A program made the position numbers and the translations under genes. A DNA stretch of 64,000 bases from Gordius albopunctatus (lineage: Eukaryota), in contig OZ193909.1 of assembly GCA_964276515.1 (NCBI GenBank), positions 3,162,001 through 3,226,000 of the forward strand. The letters run 5' to 3'. Below, in pieces: positions 51,440 to 63,141 of this stretch. Below the pieces are notes generated by a model, which did not search any database, was not told the origin of the DNA, and saw only the letters and a program-made list of their open reading frames with translations. Position 1 is the first letter of the stretch; each line of letters starts with the position of its first letter.

Positions 51440-54400
51440 ATGAATAGCCTCAATCACTATAAGATGTCCGAAAAGTATGGATTTGCGTTAGATAATCCTA
51501 TGGTATATTTAAATTTAATTGTGTCAAAATTTAAAACTTTGCCTTCACCAATAGACGCATCTTATGGGCCTAAACGAGTGGCTAGATGTCGCCCAAAACT
51601 TATCAGAATTACTCAAAAACGGGCTACTCAAACAGGCTATTTTAAAGGTATATATTTTAAGCCCCGTTCTTTTTTATTTATTTTATTATTGAAAGTAGTA
51701 AATCAGAATGGTAAAAGTTTGCTCTTACCTTTAAATGGAAAACTGATATTTAATAAAAACTAAAAAAAGGGGAAAGTCCATAGCAGTGTTACTACATGAT
51801 TACACGTCATTTTAATAACACCTCCCCCCCTCTAAAAACGACCTGACCCGTGGAACGGTAGCTATAAAGCGGAACTTTAAATTCAATTTAATTAATCTTT
51901 TCAAAGCTAAAATATTGAATTTTGTTTGTTTTAAATTTTATAAGTTTAATTGAATAGAATATCATAAAATTCCCATACTTGTCACCTTACTGTAGGGTAG
52001 GTATTAATAAAAGTGGTGCAGTCAAGGTTATTTTTACTAATGGTCCTCTAAATATCTCAGTGAATTTTTAATATGGCATATGTCTCTTTTAAACTTTGAT
52101 TGATTTACAAAAAAATTGAAAAATTAATTTAAACAAACTTTGGCTGGTTTTCAAAGTCCTCTGCCTAAGTGAAGTATACAGTTTTTACTATAGTCATTAA
52201 ATACCCCCCCCACCCGACTACTTAAAAATTCCACCTAAAATTTTACCACAATGTTTCGTGTTAGTAAAAACTATCGTATATAAAGGTTTTTTAAAATAAT
52301 TTTTATTAATAGTCCTAATGTATAAATTATATTGATAATTTTGCTGTTTCAGTCGTTAAAAAAAACTGGGGCCTTCGGCCCTCGTGGGAAGGGGAGTAGG
52401 GGAAGGGAAGAGAAGGGGGAACGAAACTCATCTGTACTTCGTATAAACGTAGCATATTTGCTATGCAATTTATGGGCGAGAAAGGTGGGGAGGGGCGAGA
52501 ATGCCTTGCGGGGGGTTGGATAAGGGGAGAAATTATAGATGTGTTTATAGATGTGTGTGGTGGGAAGTTTGCAATAATAACAACCTTAAAGAATCAAAAA
52601 CAATGCGAAAATTGTCAAAATGGTTTAAAAAAAAACACCCCCCCCCTCCCCTCTGGCGAGAAAGAGGGTAAAAAAATAAGGGGGGGGCAAGCAATTGAGA
52701 TACATGTTGGACGGACAACGGACGGACAACAAAAAGCGAGCCTTAATTGCTAAGGGGACGGCAAAAAAGTCATATTATCAATGGTATTAACAAGAACAAT
52801 ATATTAATCTCCGGGATTCGAACCCACATCAGTAGAAGCATAAGCCTTTTGGGGGGGGGCACAGGGACCCATATCAGTAGAGACATAGGCCCTTCTAGGG
52901 CATAGGGTAATTTTCAATGTTAACCTAATATAGCAATGCAAAAAACGGGAAAAGAGTCATATTATCACTGGTATTAACAAGAACAATATATTTTTTTAAT
53001 TAAAAAAATTTTTTGCACTCTCCGGGTATCGAACCAGCAATTAAGATATACATCAGCAAGTTTCGGCAATCTAAATTAAAATAAATAATAGATGGCGGTA
53101 TAAAAGAGATAACACAAGACATCATATAGCTTCACAATTAGATAAAGAGGAATAATAAAAGTTAAATTATGTGTAAAATGATAAAATAATGATTTATATT
53201 TATTTGTGTATACCACATTTAAAGATCCATAAAATAAGTTTGACACAATCTTTCTAAAACACCATAAATAAGATATGCAAAATATCGTGCATTATATATA
53301 GCTATCTTAATTATCGAAATGTTAGACAGCGGACAACAAAAAGCGAGCCCATAAATTGCATAGCAATTAATATTATCCAAATTGATCGGTAGTCTTAGCC
53401 TAAACCTTATGCTTCATTTTTGCCCATAAAATCCCAATGACTTTTTTGACTTAACTATAAGGTTAGCCGGAAATTATGAAAAATTAACCAAACATTATAT
53501 TGCAGCTCCCTTCCTTTGATTTGCGTTACGCGAGATCCTACAAAGAATACCGTTTAGCCCGGTTGGTTTTAGCTACTCTAGCTCAAGGTGTAGTATGGGA
53601 AGATCTCCATTTTCAAGGCTATCCTTGCCAGGTTATATCTAAAAACTCATCTCGATATAACAACATTTTTGGCCGCTACGTCTGCTTTAACGCTTTGAAT
53701 TAGGGTTCTTAACCACAGTATCACGAGAGATCAATATGGTTTCATTTCATTTGTGTACAACGCATTTTCCCCAAACCTTTTTCACAATTTCATAAATTAT
53801 AACTCTACAGCATATACCTCGCAACTTAGCTATACCACTTTACGACGTTTCGGCCTACCTTGGGATAAAACCCGTTTTAACCTACTCCGACACTTGTCTA
53901 GTTAATTACAGGTAACTTCTGCATTTATATGACACACATAAATTTCACAGATTTTAACAGAGTATGCTCGAGAATTGATAACTAATTCGTAATGTAAAAT
54001 CTACAGTTAGTGTTAAAATCGTATTCACGAATTTCTATCAAGTTAGTTTAATAAGTTATGAGGAAAAATTTATGATCCTAATTTCGGCTATCATTATAAC
54101 AGTATAAGATCCATTAGGTCTAACATTGAAGTGACTATATAACCCGTAAGCATAAACGATTAGGCTAAAACGTTTTATAAATAAATTGGACCAAATGAGT
54201 TTGGGCTTATGTTCAAGGTATTCAAACTCTAGTTAATTTATAGCCAAATAGTATTTAAGCATTAGCTTTCGAGCTTTCATCTTTTCTCAATAAAAATGTA
54301 ACTTTATTTTAAAAGAGTTAAGCACTTATTCCTAATTCCTCTGTTCTGGTTGTAGAGTGATTGATACGCATTTACCCGTACATATGACGAATTGCGACCT

Positions 54401-57400
54401 AACGTTTAAACTCGATGATTCCGATGATTTCAAATGGTTTTTCCTCGTGGCTCTACAGACAGAATTAGATTTCGCAAAACACGGCCTAGCAGTATTTCAC
54501 ATTTAATTAGGGCTTTATACTTTAAATTTTTTGCCAATCCATAATTTATGACTAATTCTGCTGACTAAGCTCAAGTTTATAAATCTAAGTAACTATTGCA
54601 AATATACGATTCTGTGCTCTTTTAAGGCTTTAGACCACGCCTAATCCTTTAGGCCCCTTGTTAGACTCTTGGTCAAGTTTGTTTATTGAGGGAGCGGTAA
54701 AATTATAATTTTTTAAAATTGTAGCCATAATTTAATAAATTACAACAAATTTTTGGATTTAGATGGAGGGGGGGCAGCATTTTCTCCCCGCCCCCCTTGG
54801 CTGTGCTTATGATATAAACCATACACTAAATTATCAAATTTTATAAAAAACATTTGTTTGACATTGTTTGCTTGAAAGGCATTACGCGAAGTTAAAAAAT
54901 ACCTTGAAGTTCCGGCGGGATCGGTAGGAAGTTTTGTGAATAACATACAAGCCCTGGCTAAATCCCTACAAGTCATGTCTTCAACCATCCACGAAATGTT
55001 TAATCTTGTCGAGCCGAATGCATTCTACGACACCGTTCGGCCTTTTATGATGGGGTATTAATAAATCGTCCTCTAATCTGATTTTGTTATTTATATCTGT
55101 AGTGACTCTTAACTACTATATGCATGCCCCTCTAAATCCAATATTTATTAAAATTTATTAAAATTATGGCTTATACTTCAAAAAATGATCAGTTTGCCCC
55201 TCCATAAATCATTATTGCCCCCCCCTCTAATTCTAATCCTGGCTATGCCCATGACTATATGGTTGACCTTGGTTATCTTAATCTAAGATTATAATATAAT
55301 TAGTGTTATAACAACATATGTAGGTATCCAAGCAAAGTCAAAAACATGATTTTTATCCTATTTTTAAATAACTGGCTGAAATAATTTGGGGCCCTATAAA
55401 TTTTGTTAAAACATTGCCTTTGCAAATTTGAGTGTGCCCAACAAATTATGATTAAAAAATAATATTTTACAAAGTATTGAATAAAAATAATGTAAATTTG
55501 GCTTCACAAGACAAGAAAGTTTGAAAAATAAAGCTTTGAAAAATTGAAATAAATATATTATTCGTTAAAAATATATAATCTATGAAGATGAATGAAAATA
55601 ATTAAAAAATTAGGTATTATAAATATTTGAAAAACATTAAGATATTGCAACTGAATTATATTTACAAACAGTAAAATGCCGATTTTCTGTCTACAAAAAC
55701 AGATTCGGGATAAATTTGTTTTGCTATTTGTTTTAAATTCAAAACAAAATAATTAATTTTATTACTGTCTGAAAGGTATCTTTATTTTTCAAGGTGGAGC
55801 GATTGTAACGACAATTTAACAAAGGCAGACAAATTCGGGGTTGTTTTGGATGGAGTGTCTGAGGAGCTATGTCAATTTTATGGACCTAGTGCTGTGCAAT
55901 CTAGCATAATTCCATGTTTCGATATAATATTAGGCATCATACACCCATTAGGTAAAAATTAAATGGTTCATTATTAAGAAAAGTTCGCCTTTTTTATTAC
56001 AAAAATTAGATTTTGTTGGTGACAAAGTGTTTAAAAAACTAATCTATCGAGTTTTAAATAGATAATAGATATATATCGATGTTACAAATTATTTATAATT
56101 AGAATTTACACTTTATAATTGTAATTTAAATTTTGTAAAAGTCGTACAAGTAGTATTAGGATAACCTTTTTTTATTACTGCCCCAGTTTATAGATATTAA
56201 ATTTACTTTAGTTTAAGTATGAAAATAATGATAGTGCATGGTCTCTATATGAGCGAAGTATATATATATCTAATATATATTAAATATTAATAAAATTATA
56301 AATATATGTAATCTAATCTTTTGTTTATTCTATTATTTATATGATTACAGGTCAACAAATAATGCATATCTAAAATAAACCTGCAAATTGTTTGCTGATT
56401 CTGGTAGAGTTTACGGTGAACAAAATATTTTTTTATCCTTTTCTCCATACGTCAAGTTCGTAAAATATTTGCTGTCAAAGTTGTTAAATTCAGCTGGCGC
56501 TTTTCAAACGTCATTGACAGCAAATTAATCGGTAAAATTTTAGTCTAATAAATTGGAATCGTAAATAAAGGGTAGAGGAATCCTTAAAAAAATTTTTATA
56601 CCCTTATATATTCAAAATTAACTTATCTCCTCTATCTTTTTATATTTACAAATTACTCCAGACTTAAGGTCGCCGCCCTACCCCATTAACAGGAATTAAA
56701 TGCGTGTTGTTGTTAATCTACTACTACTACTACTAGAGACCTGCACGGTCCGACGTCCCCCCCCCTCCGGAGAGGCCTCAAAGCCCGGGCCGGCTTGAAC
56801 GGACTTCTTCTTTAAAATATAACAACTGGCCGGTTCTAAACGGTCATAATATAACCTAACGGTCTCGGGTCGGGCCTAGATATACGTAAGGCCGGCTAAA
56901 AGCTCGTGGCAAAAACAATTAGATTTTTATTTGTGTTTTATAAATTACTAGATAAGCCCGGCAAACGTTGTTTTGTCATATACATTATGTCTGACAAATT
57001 AACTAACTTACTATAAGTGTGTGGAGACATTTTTTTCAGAAGATTTATCTAAATTGTAGTTTTGTTTTACAATCGATGGAAAGTAAACGTAAATAACTAA
57101 TTGCAGGTAAAGAGTTTGTCGGGGAATGCAGGGGAGAGAAAACTTTTTATTTATTGTTTCCTGGGGGGTTGTTGATCTATCGGTCATATTTTCTTAACCA
57201 CTCTTAAATAATACTTTTTTTATCATTCGCATCACTTTGTTATATATGGAAAAATTAAGACAAAATTACGGTGGATAAATTTTAGCTTTAGCGCCATCTG
57301 TACATACTATAAAAAATTTTAAAAATATTTTTTTTAAAAAAATAAAAAATTTAAATAAGAAAATTTAAAACTACCAAAAATTTTTTTAAAAAACTCAACT

Positions 57401-60006
57401 AATAAAACTGGCAACAAAATTAATGAGCTGCCATTATTATCACATGGCCATAGAAGCATATAATTTATTTGGGGACACCACCTTGAAAAAGTTATGTAAT
57501 AACAATGTACATTATAAGAACGTATTATATAAAAAATAAAATACAAATGTCACACGTATGGGGGCGATGTGGAATGAAATAAGTCAGACAAATTATCATA
57601 AGTAAATTGCTTTGTCTTATTATATATACACTAAAAATAGTGGGTTCATAAAATCCATAACGTGATAAAGTTCGTTCCCCATTTCAATATATAAAATGTA
57701 TAAGTCTAATATTTATTTTTAATAATATTAAATTAATCCTATAAATAAATAATACATATTTCTACTTATATTCTAACTTTCCTGACTTCACTATTGTATA
57801 TGATGCTATAAATTAAACTGATCAGGAAATGTCCGATATTTTTAAAACGAAAAGGTATTTTAGGAATCTGAAAAAGCTAGTTTACCCCTGGCCGCCCTGG
57901 GCATCTACGGTTTAATTTTCGCGCTAATTGGGCCGGTATTTTCAGAATTTATCCCTTACATACATACATACATAGACTTTATATATAGAGATAAACCGGT
58001 GTTTGTTTTTATATTTCAATTTATAATTATATTTAATGTTTATTAAATTAAAAGGGATTTAATGGTTAATTTACAAATCATAAACCGATTAATTTGCAAG
58101 TTATTGACGTTTTAAACGCCAAAATCGCTGTGTTTCGCAGCTTTGACAGAAAATGTTTCAAAAACTTGACTTATAGGAAAATATATTCGTGTTCACTGCG
58201 AAAAACTCTACCAAAATCTGCAAATAGTCGGTCGATTTTTCTTGTTAAACCGTGTTATTTAAAACAATTAGTAATCACTATATTAGAAATTAGTAAATAA
58301 ATTTACTCTAATTAGCGCCATCTATGGGCAATTTTAATTAGAGACTAATTTGAACTATGTATATCCCTATCTTTTTTAGTATGTGACTCGAAAATGATAA
58401 CAGACATATAACGTTTTCGCTCTTATTAGAGCTCATCAGTATGCCATAGTTAATTATAATGAAATATACCATTTAAGAAACGAAATATATGATATATCAT
58501 AAATAATAATAATTAACTGTAAGGGAAATTATCGAAAATTTTGAAAACTCCCAAAGGAAATTTCGCGGGAAACTTTCCAATTTTCCCGCGAAATTTCTCT
58601 AGCCTTATCACTACTACTAATTGTAATGTCTAAACTTATTGGGACCTGTGTTTTTTGATTCACATAGAGTCTTATTTCTATAAATGCTAAACAGCATTGT
58701 GTTACTACCTATGTATTTTTAGAAAAAGCGCAATACCTTACAACAATAAGAGAATATATGCCGATTGAGCATAGGATTTTTCTCGAAGACCTGGCATCGG
58801 GCCTCAATCTCAAGACGCTTAGTATGATTTTAAACAACGATAAACCATTTTTATAAATAAATATAAGCTAAGTCAAGTCTTGAACCAATTTTTTATTCGA
58901 TAGACAAGTGTTGTAAAAACGGCTGCGTTTCATTTGGTCGACTTTGTTTCAACTAAGGGCTTGTCTTAATATCGTATTCAGATTCAAATCGCGCGAATTT
59001 ATCTTTATCAAATATCCGATTCAATTTAATGTGCCCAACTCGGTTGCAATTATTAATACATTGTTTTTTGATAGTTAAAAACGATTTTTTGTTTATTTCA
59101 ATTCTTTAGATTAATCGCTGTTGAAAAACAAACCAAAAACATTTGGTCCATTAATGTTTAGTGACTAAGCAAAACCCAGCTGTTCTTACATAACATATTT
59201 TAATCCATTTAAAAGGTCGAATTTTTACAGCAATAATTTGCATTTTTAAGTTCAAATATTTTAATCAAAAACGATATTCTATTTTTTTAAGTCGAGTCGA
59301 ATGAGTTGCAGCCAGATAATGAGATAGTACAAGCCTACAATGAGTGCGTTGATGGTTTATGCAAATTTCGCAAAATTCATCTTCAACTTGCTACCCGCTA
59401 CATAATGATACCTGCCAATAGGCGAAAATTAAAGTGTACTGGAACAGCTGGCAGTGGTAAATATATTTAATATATATCTTGTTAAATCTCATAATCAGGC
59501 ATAGGCGTAGCCAGCATTGTGATTAGAGGGGAGCGCTAATGATTCAGCGAGGGGCAAAATGCTCATTCTTTGAACTTTTCGCCTTAATTTTAATTAATTT
59601 CAACAATTTTTGGATTTAGAGGAGGCAGCCGCCCATCCTTGCCCCCCACCTGGCTAAGCACATCAGCATTTAATGTTAAACAGTGCCGCCTATATACTGA
59701 CGGGGCAATAAGACCCTAAAGGGGCATGACCCTTAGCGAAAATGCATTTTTCAAACTCAATTATATTCAATTTAAATTGTTTGGTATTTTTCAGACAACA
59801 ATGATAACATAGAAATTTCAAAATTTGCTTGTTAAATTCCTAAAGATTAAAAATAGTTTTGGTTCTAGTACTAAGATAACTTTACTAAAAGGCTTTAAAA
59901 CACCTAATTCTTCATTTTTTAATTTAAAATTATTTTTTATATCACAGATGTCATTCCATTTTTAAAAGGGCTTTTATCAGATACACGAATGGGTCATATG
60001 AAGTGA
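51440..60006 (+). CDS. IDO: Indoleamine 2,3-dioxygenase family heme protein, 391 aa
   Basis: 10 phase-consistent exons: 51440-51502, 51555-51647, 53506-53631, 53811-53911, 54356-54491, 54879-55054, 55794-55951, 58723-58821, 59292-59456, 59948-60006 (1176 nt). Motifs collinear with human IDO1: YGFALDNP, RLARLVLA, IPRNLAIP, KPVLTYSD, WFFLV, FYDTVRPFMMGW (R231 equivalent), GPSAVQSS, REYMPIEHRIFL, FRKIHLQ (proximal heme His346 equivalent), GTAGSDVIPFLK. Confidence 0.95.
52364..53374 (-). mobile_element. Rearranged copies of the DINE-1/Helentron-like family in IDO intron 2
   Basis: 3' hairpin GGGCC-GAA-GGCCC and sub-TIR at 52366-52477; 5' ends with GGAC repeats at ~52710-52752 and ~53325-53374; 52755-53040 is the reverse complement of parts of 7300-7680. 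No serpin cargo. Confidence 0.7.
55123..55253. mobile_element. MITE family B copy with 8-bp TSD
   Basis: TSD ACTATATG (55115-55122 and 55254-55261); right end CTGGCTATGCCCATG. Confidence 0.85.
56948..57991 (-). mobile_element. Non-autonomous Helitron in IDO intron 7
   Basis: On the minus strand it begins A^TCTCTATATATAAAG with the 5' block of the 42434 element and ends GACAAAACAACGTTTGCCGGGCTTATCTAG^T. Confidence 0.8.
58403..58445 (-). ncRNA. Minimal type I hammerhead ribozyme
   Basis: Minus strand reads GGCAUA-CUGAUGA-GCUCU-AAUA-AGAGC-GAAA-ACGU-UA-UAUGUC: complete catalytic core, 5-bp stem II, 6-bp stem I (one G-U), 1-bp stem III with a palindromic AACGUU; predicted cleavage after the A at 58409. 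Confidence 0.8.
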
Positions 60007-60110
60007 CAAATGATAATGAATATAATGTTAATAATCCTGATTTCAAATATTTTTTATATCTTTATTTGATCACCGAACTAGCAATTTCCTTTACCTAGAT
60101 AATTCATGCT

Positions 60111-60116
60111 AATAAA
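60111..60116 (+). promoter_or_regulatory. Candidate polyadenylation signal of the IDO gene
   Basis: AATAAA about 105 nt after the TGA; the AT-rich background makes this weak evidence. Confidence 0.35.
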
Positions 60117-61295
60117 AAATTATATTATATAATTGTTGTAGTAAAAAAGGCGCGTTTACCATTCATGGTGTATGAACGCTATTCTCAAATTTTACTATAA
60201 TTTTTAAAGAGGTATAATATGCATGGGCGTTACCAGATGAACGCAGTGAAGAAAGGCTGCCACGCCCCCCCCCCCCCTCCACTCATCAAATTTTAGAGCT
60301 TATATATATTCAACAAAATTTTGCCTTTTTTTCTATAGCTGTTTGTCACATTTAGTGGTCAGCTCCTTCAAGAAGTTTCTCCGCGTATTCCTGCACTTAA
60401 ACTAGCTTCGCTTTAGCTCGTACCTTCTCAAGTCCATATCTATTTTATGTTCACATGTCAGCTTAGGCCTCCCTCTCTTTCGCTTACCTTCGACTTGCAC
60501 TTTCTTGATACGAATTGCCAGGTGACTATTCTTCTGTCTCTCCAAATGGCCATACCATCTCAATCTTCTTACCACCAACGAAACTACATTTAGTTTATCC
60601 CTTATGTCTTGATTCCTTATATGGTCCTTTTTGCTTATTCCCAAGATCCATCTTAACATTCGCATCTCCATTGTAGCCAAGCTTTTTGCTCCTCTTTTGC
60701 CCTAAGTGCCCAGGTTTCCGTTCCATACAATACCGTGGATACAATAACGGTGTTATATAACAGTCCTTTCAATTTGAGTGGTATGTGCTTGTCACATAGG
60801 ACACCACTCAACTCCCTGAATTTTAGCCAACCTGCGTTTATTCTTGCATTAATTTCGTTTTCCACACCTCCATCACATTGTACCCTAGAACCAAGATATT
60901 TGAATTCCTTCCTACTGCTTAAACACCATTCATCGATTTGCAGGTGTTTATTTGTATTCATTCCCCGCCTCCAAGCATGCATATTCAGTTTTATCTCGGT
61001 TGGCCATAAGGCCTGTGATTTCAATTCCCTCCATCCGCACTTTTACCTGCTCTGCTGATTCCACATTTGAGCCTGCGCACAGGAATATATCATCCGTAAA
61101 GAGCATTACCCAAGGTGATTCGCGTTTCAGGTCCTTCGTTAGCGAATCCATTATTGTTATGAAAAGCAATGGACTCAGGGCCGATCCTTGATGCACACCG
61201 ACATTTAGACTGAATCCCTTTGATGTACCACTGGATGTCCGAACTTTGGTTTTGCGTTTGTATACATATCCTTTATTAACATTATATAAGCCTCG

Positions 61296-62946
61296 CAAGG
61301 GCGTAGCCAGGATTTGCTAGAGGGGGGGGGGGGTTTAAAATTTTTGAAGCCATATTTTTTTGGAAGTAATTTTATTTTCAACATAAATTATTGAAAGTAA
61401 AGTAAAAATACAACAAAAATAAATTATAATATAACAAAATATTTAAAAACTATAAACAATTAATATCGACGTTTTTTAGATAAAAATGCATTAATAATAT
61501 CTTCTGTTTTGGGGGTATATTGTCTATGTACATTTAACAAGGTTAATCCAGTAAGCCTAAATTAAAAATTAGTAAAACCATTTAATTTACCTTTCTTGTC
61601 CCATTGTGTTCCTGAGGTAAGTTTTTAGTCTTTTTAAAGCTGAAAAACATCTCTCATTAGAGCATGTTGTAACGGGGAGTGTGGCTAAAATATGGTAGAA
61701 TGTTTTTATATTTGGATATAATTTTAATTTGGACGCATGATTGGTTAATGTTTCCAATGCAGCATTGGTAGGCAAATTCTCTAATTCACAGTCCTTGAAC
61801 GACTGATACCACAATTTAATATCCGATTTGAATTGTTCTTGAGAGCCGTCAAGATCTTCTTCATAAAAATTTGCCAATTGAAGAAAGTTATTTAATATCT
61901 CTGTTGAGAGCATGACAGGGGACTTAATTAGAAGGGAATCAAATCCCAACAGTATTTGCTTGTTTTTTAGAAACCTTTCATCAAGTTCCACCAAAACCGC
62001 ATCTAAAAAGGAGTTATGCAACGAAACTCTGTAATAAGTTTCTGGACAAGATGTTTCAATGTTTGAACGAAGAGTTTGTCGTAAGGCTCTCCTAGGAATA
62101 GTAATTTTGAAATCATATATATCTCCTAGTGACGAGACATCATTGTAGATTGTTCTAAATTCTTCTTGGGAATTTTCCCGCAAATTTTGAATCTGTATAA
62201 ACGCATTTTCGGCTGCATTTATGGCCTGAGAAAGGTCTATATTAATCCTTTGCAAATAATTGCTAAGATTAATAGTGTAAGAGAAAATTTGATTTAGCAT
62301 GTACAAAGACAGCCAAAAGTTGGATGTCCTTAATGATGAAAGCAAAATCGCCGCATTGGACGATGATTCTTCATCGTCCCATTCATACATCTCCAAGGTA
62401 GCAAATATTGCTTCCTTCGCTTCACAGAATCTTTGAACAGAATTGTGCTTTTGTGTCCATCTAGTTTCACACAGTGATATTAATTTTGTGAATTTAGGGT
62501 TATCCGACAATGAAAATACTTTAGAAGTGAAAAGATTAAATCTTTTGGGGGTTGATATAAAATCAGTGATTTTTTTTTGACAAGACTGTATCTTTCTCCT
62601 CAGAAATGCAAATGTTACTCTTTTTAGGGAAGTATGTATAAATGGAATATCGCTTCATAATAAGGCGCGGAACTTAAATTTACAAATAAGATCAGTTTGG
62701 AAGCTTTTAATCAAAAATACAAATTCCGAAATTCAAAATTTATTAACTTGTCGACTTAATTTTTTAACATATATATATATAAATATAGACGCAGCACTTG
62801 ACACTAGTTAAATTAATTATAATCATGATTATCAATAATTTTGTGTTGTCAATAATTTTGTGTTGTGTTTTGAAAAAAATAATATCCAGGAGGAGGGGGG
62901 GGGGGGTTCAAACCCGAAAACCCCCCCCCCCTTCCCTACGCGCTTG
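61296..62946 (-). mobile_element. Internally deleted hAT DNA transposon (1651 bp)
   Basis: TIRs CAAGGGCGTAG and CTACGCGCTTG; 8-bp TSD AAGCCTCG (61288-61295 and 62947-62954) inside the RTE coding sequence. Confidence 0.93.
61460..62575 (-). pseudogene. C-terminal half of a hAT transposase (THAP12/P52rIPK/ZMYM1-like subgroup)
   Basis: Open frame with LCETRW and the hATC dimerisation motif LPVTTCSNERCFSALKRLKTYLRNTMGQER; removing a 34-nt GT-AG intron (61590-61557) continues it as LTGLTLLNVHR...KKRRY* (stop 61460-61462). The N-terminal half is missing. Confidence 0.88.
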
Positions 62947-63099
62947 AAGCCTCGGGTACACCATTGGAACTCAGGCTATCCCATATCAACTGCCTTGGCA
63001 CTTTATCGAAAGCTTTCTCAAGATCGATGAAACACATATGAAGTTCTTCATAGATATATTTTCGGGAATTGTCGAGGGTGTTAAGAAATTATTGTAGTA

Positions 63100-63140
63100 A
63101 ATATAATATTTCGTCCTCATAGAGGACATCGTCAGATAAG
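63100..63140 (-). ncRNA. Degenerate hammerhead-ribozyme-like motif in the Penelope 3' region
   Basis: CUGACGA-U-GUCCUC-UAU-GAGGAC-GAAA-UAUU: core boxes and a 6-bp stem II are present, but stem I pairing is weak. Confidence 0.45.
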
Positions 63141-63141
63141 T

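Larger units (their letters stand above)
60370..63052 (-). mobile_element. 5'-truncated, frameshifted RTE-clade non-LTR retrotransposon (reverse transcriptase), split by a hAT insertion
   Basis: Fragments 63052-62947 and 61295-60402 join to LHMCFIDLEKAFDKVPRQLIWDSL..GVPEAYIMLIKDMY, then GVHQGSALSPLLF, MLFTDDI, FKYLGS, LYGTETW, EMRMLRW, RLRWYGH, KRKRGRPKL; several frameshifts. Confidence 0.92.

Noticed and set aside
51440..51763. 107-aa single-exon ORF from the track
   Set aside because: Only the first 21 codons are IDO; similarity continues in another frame after a 52-nt intron.
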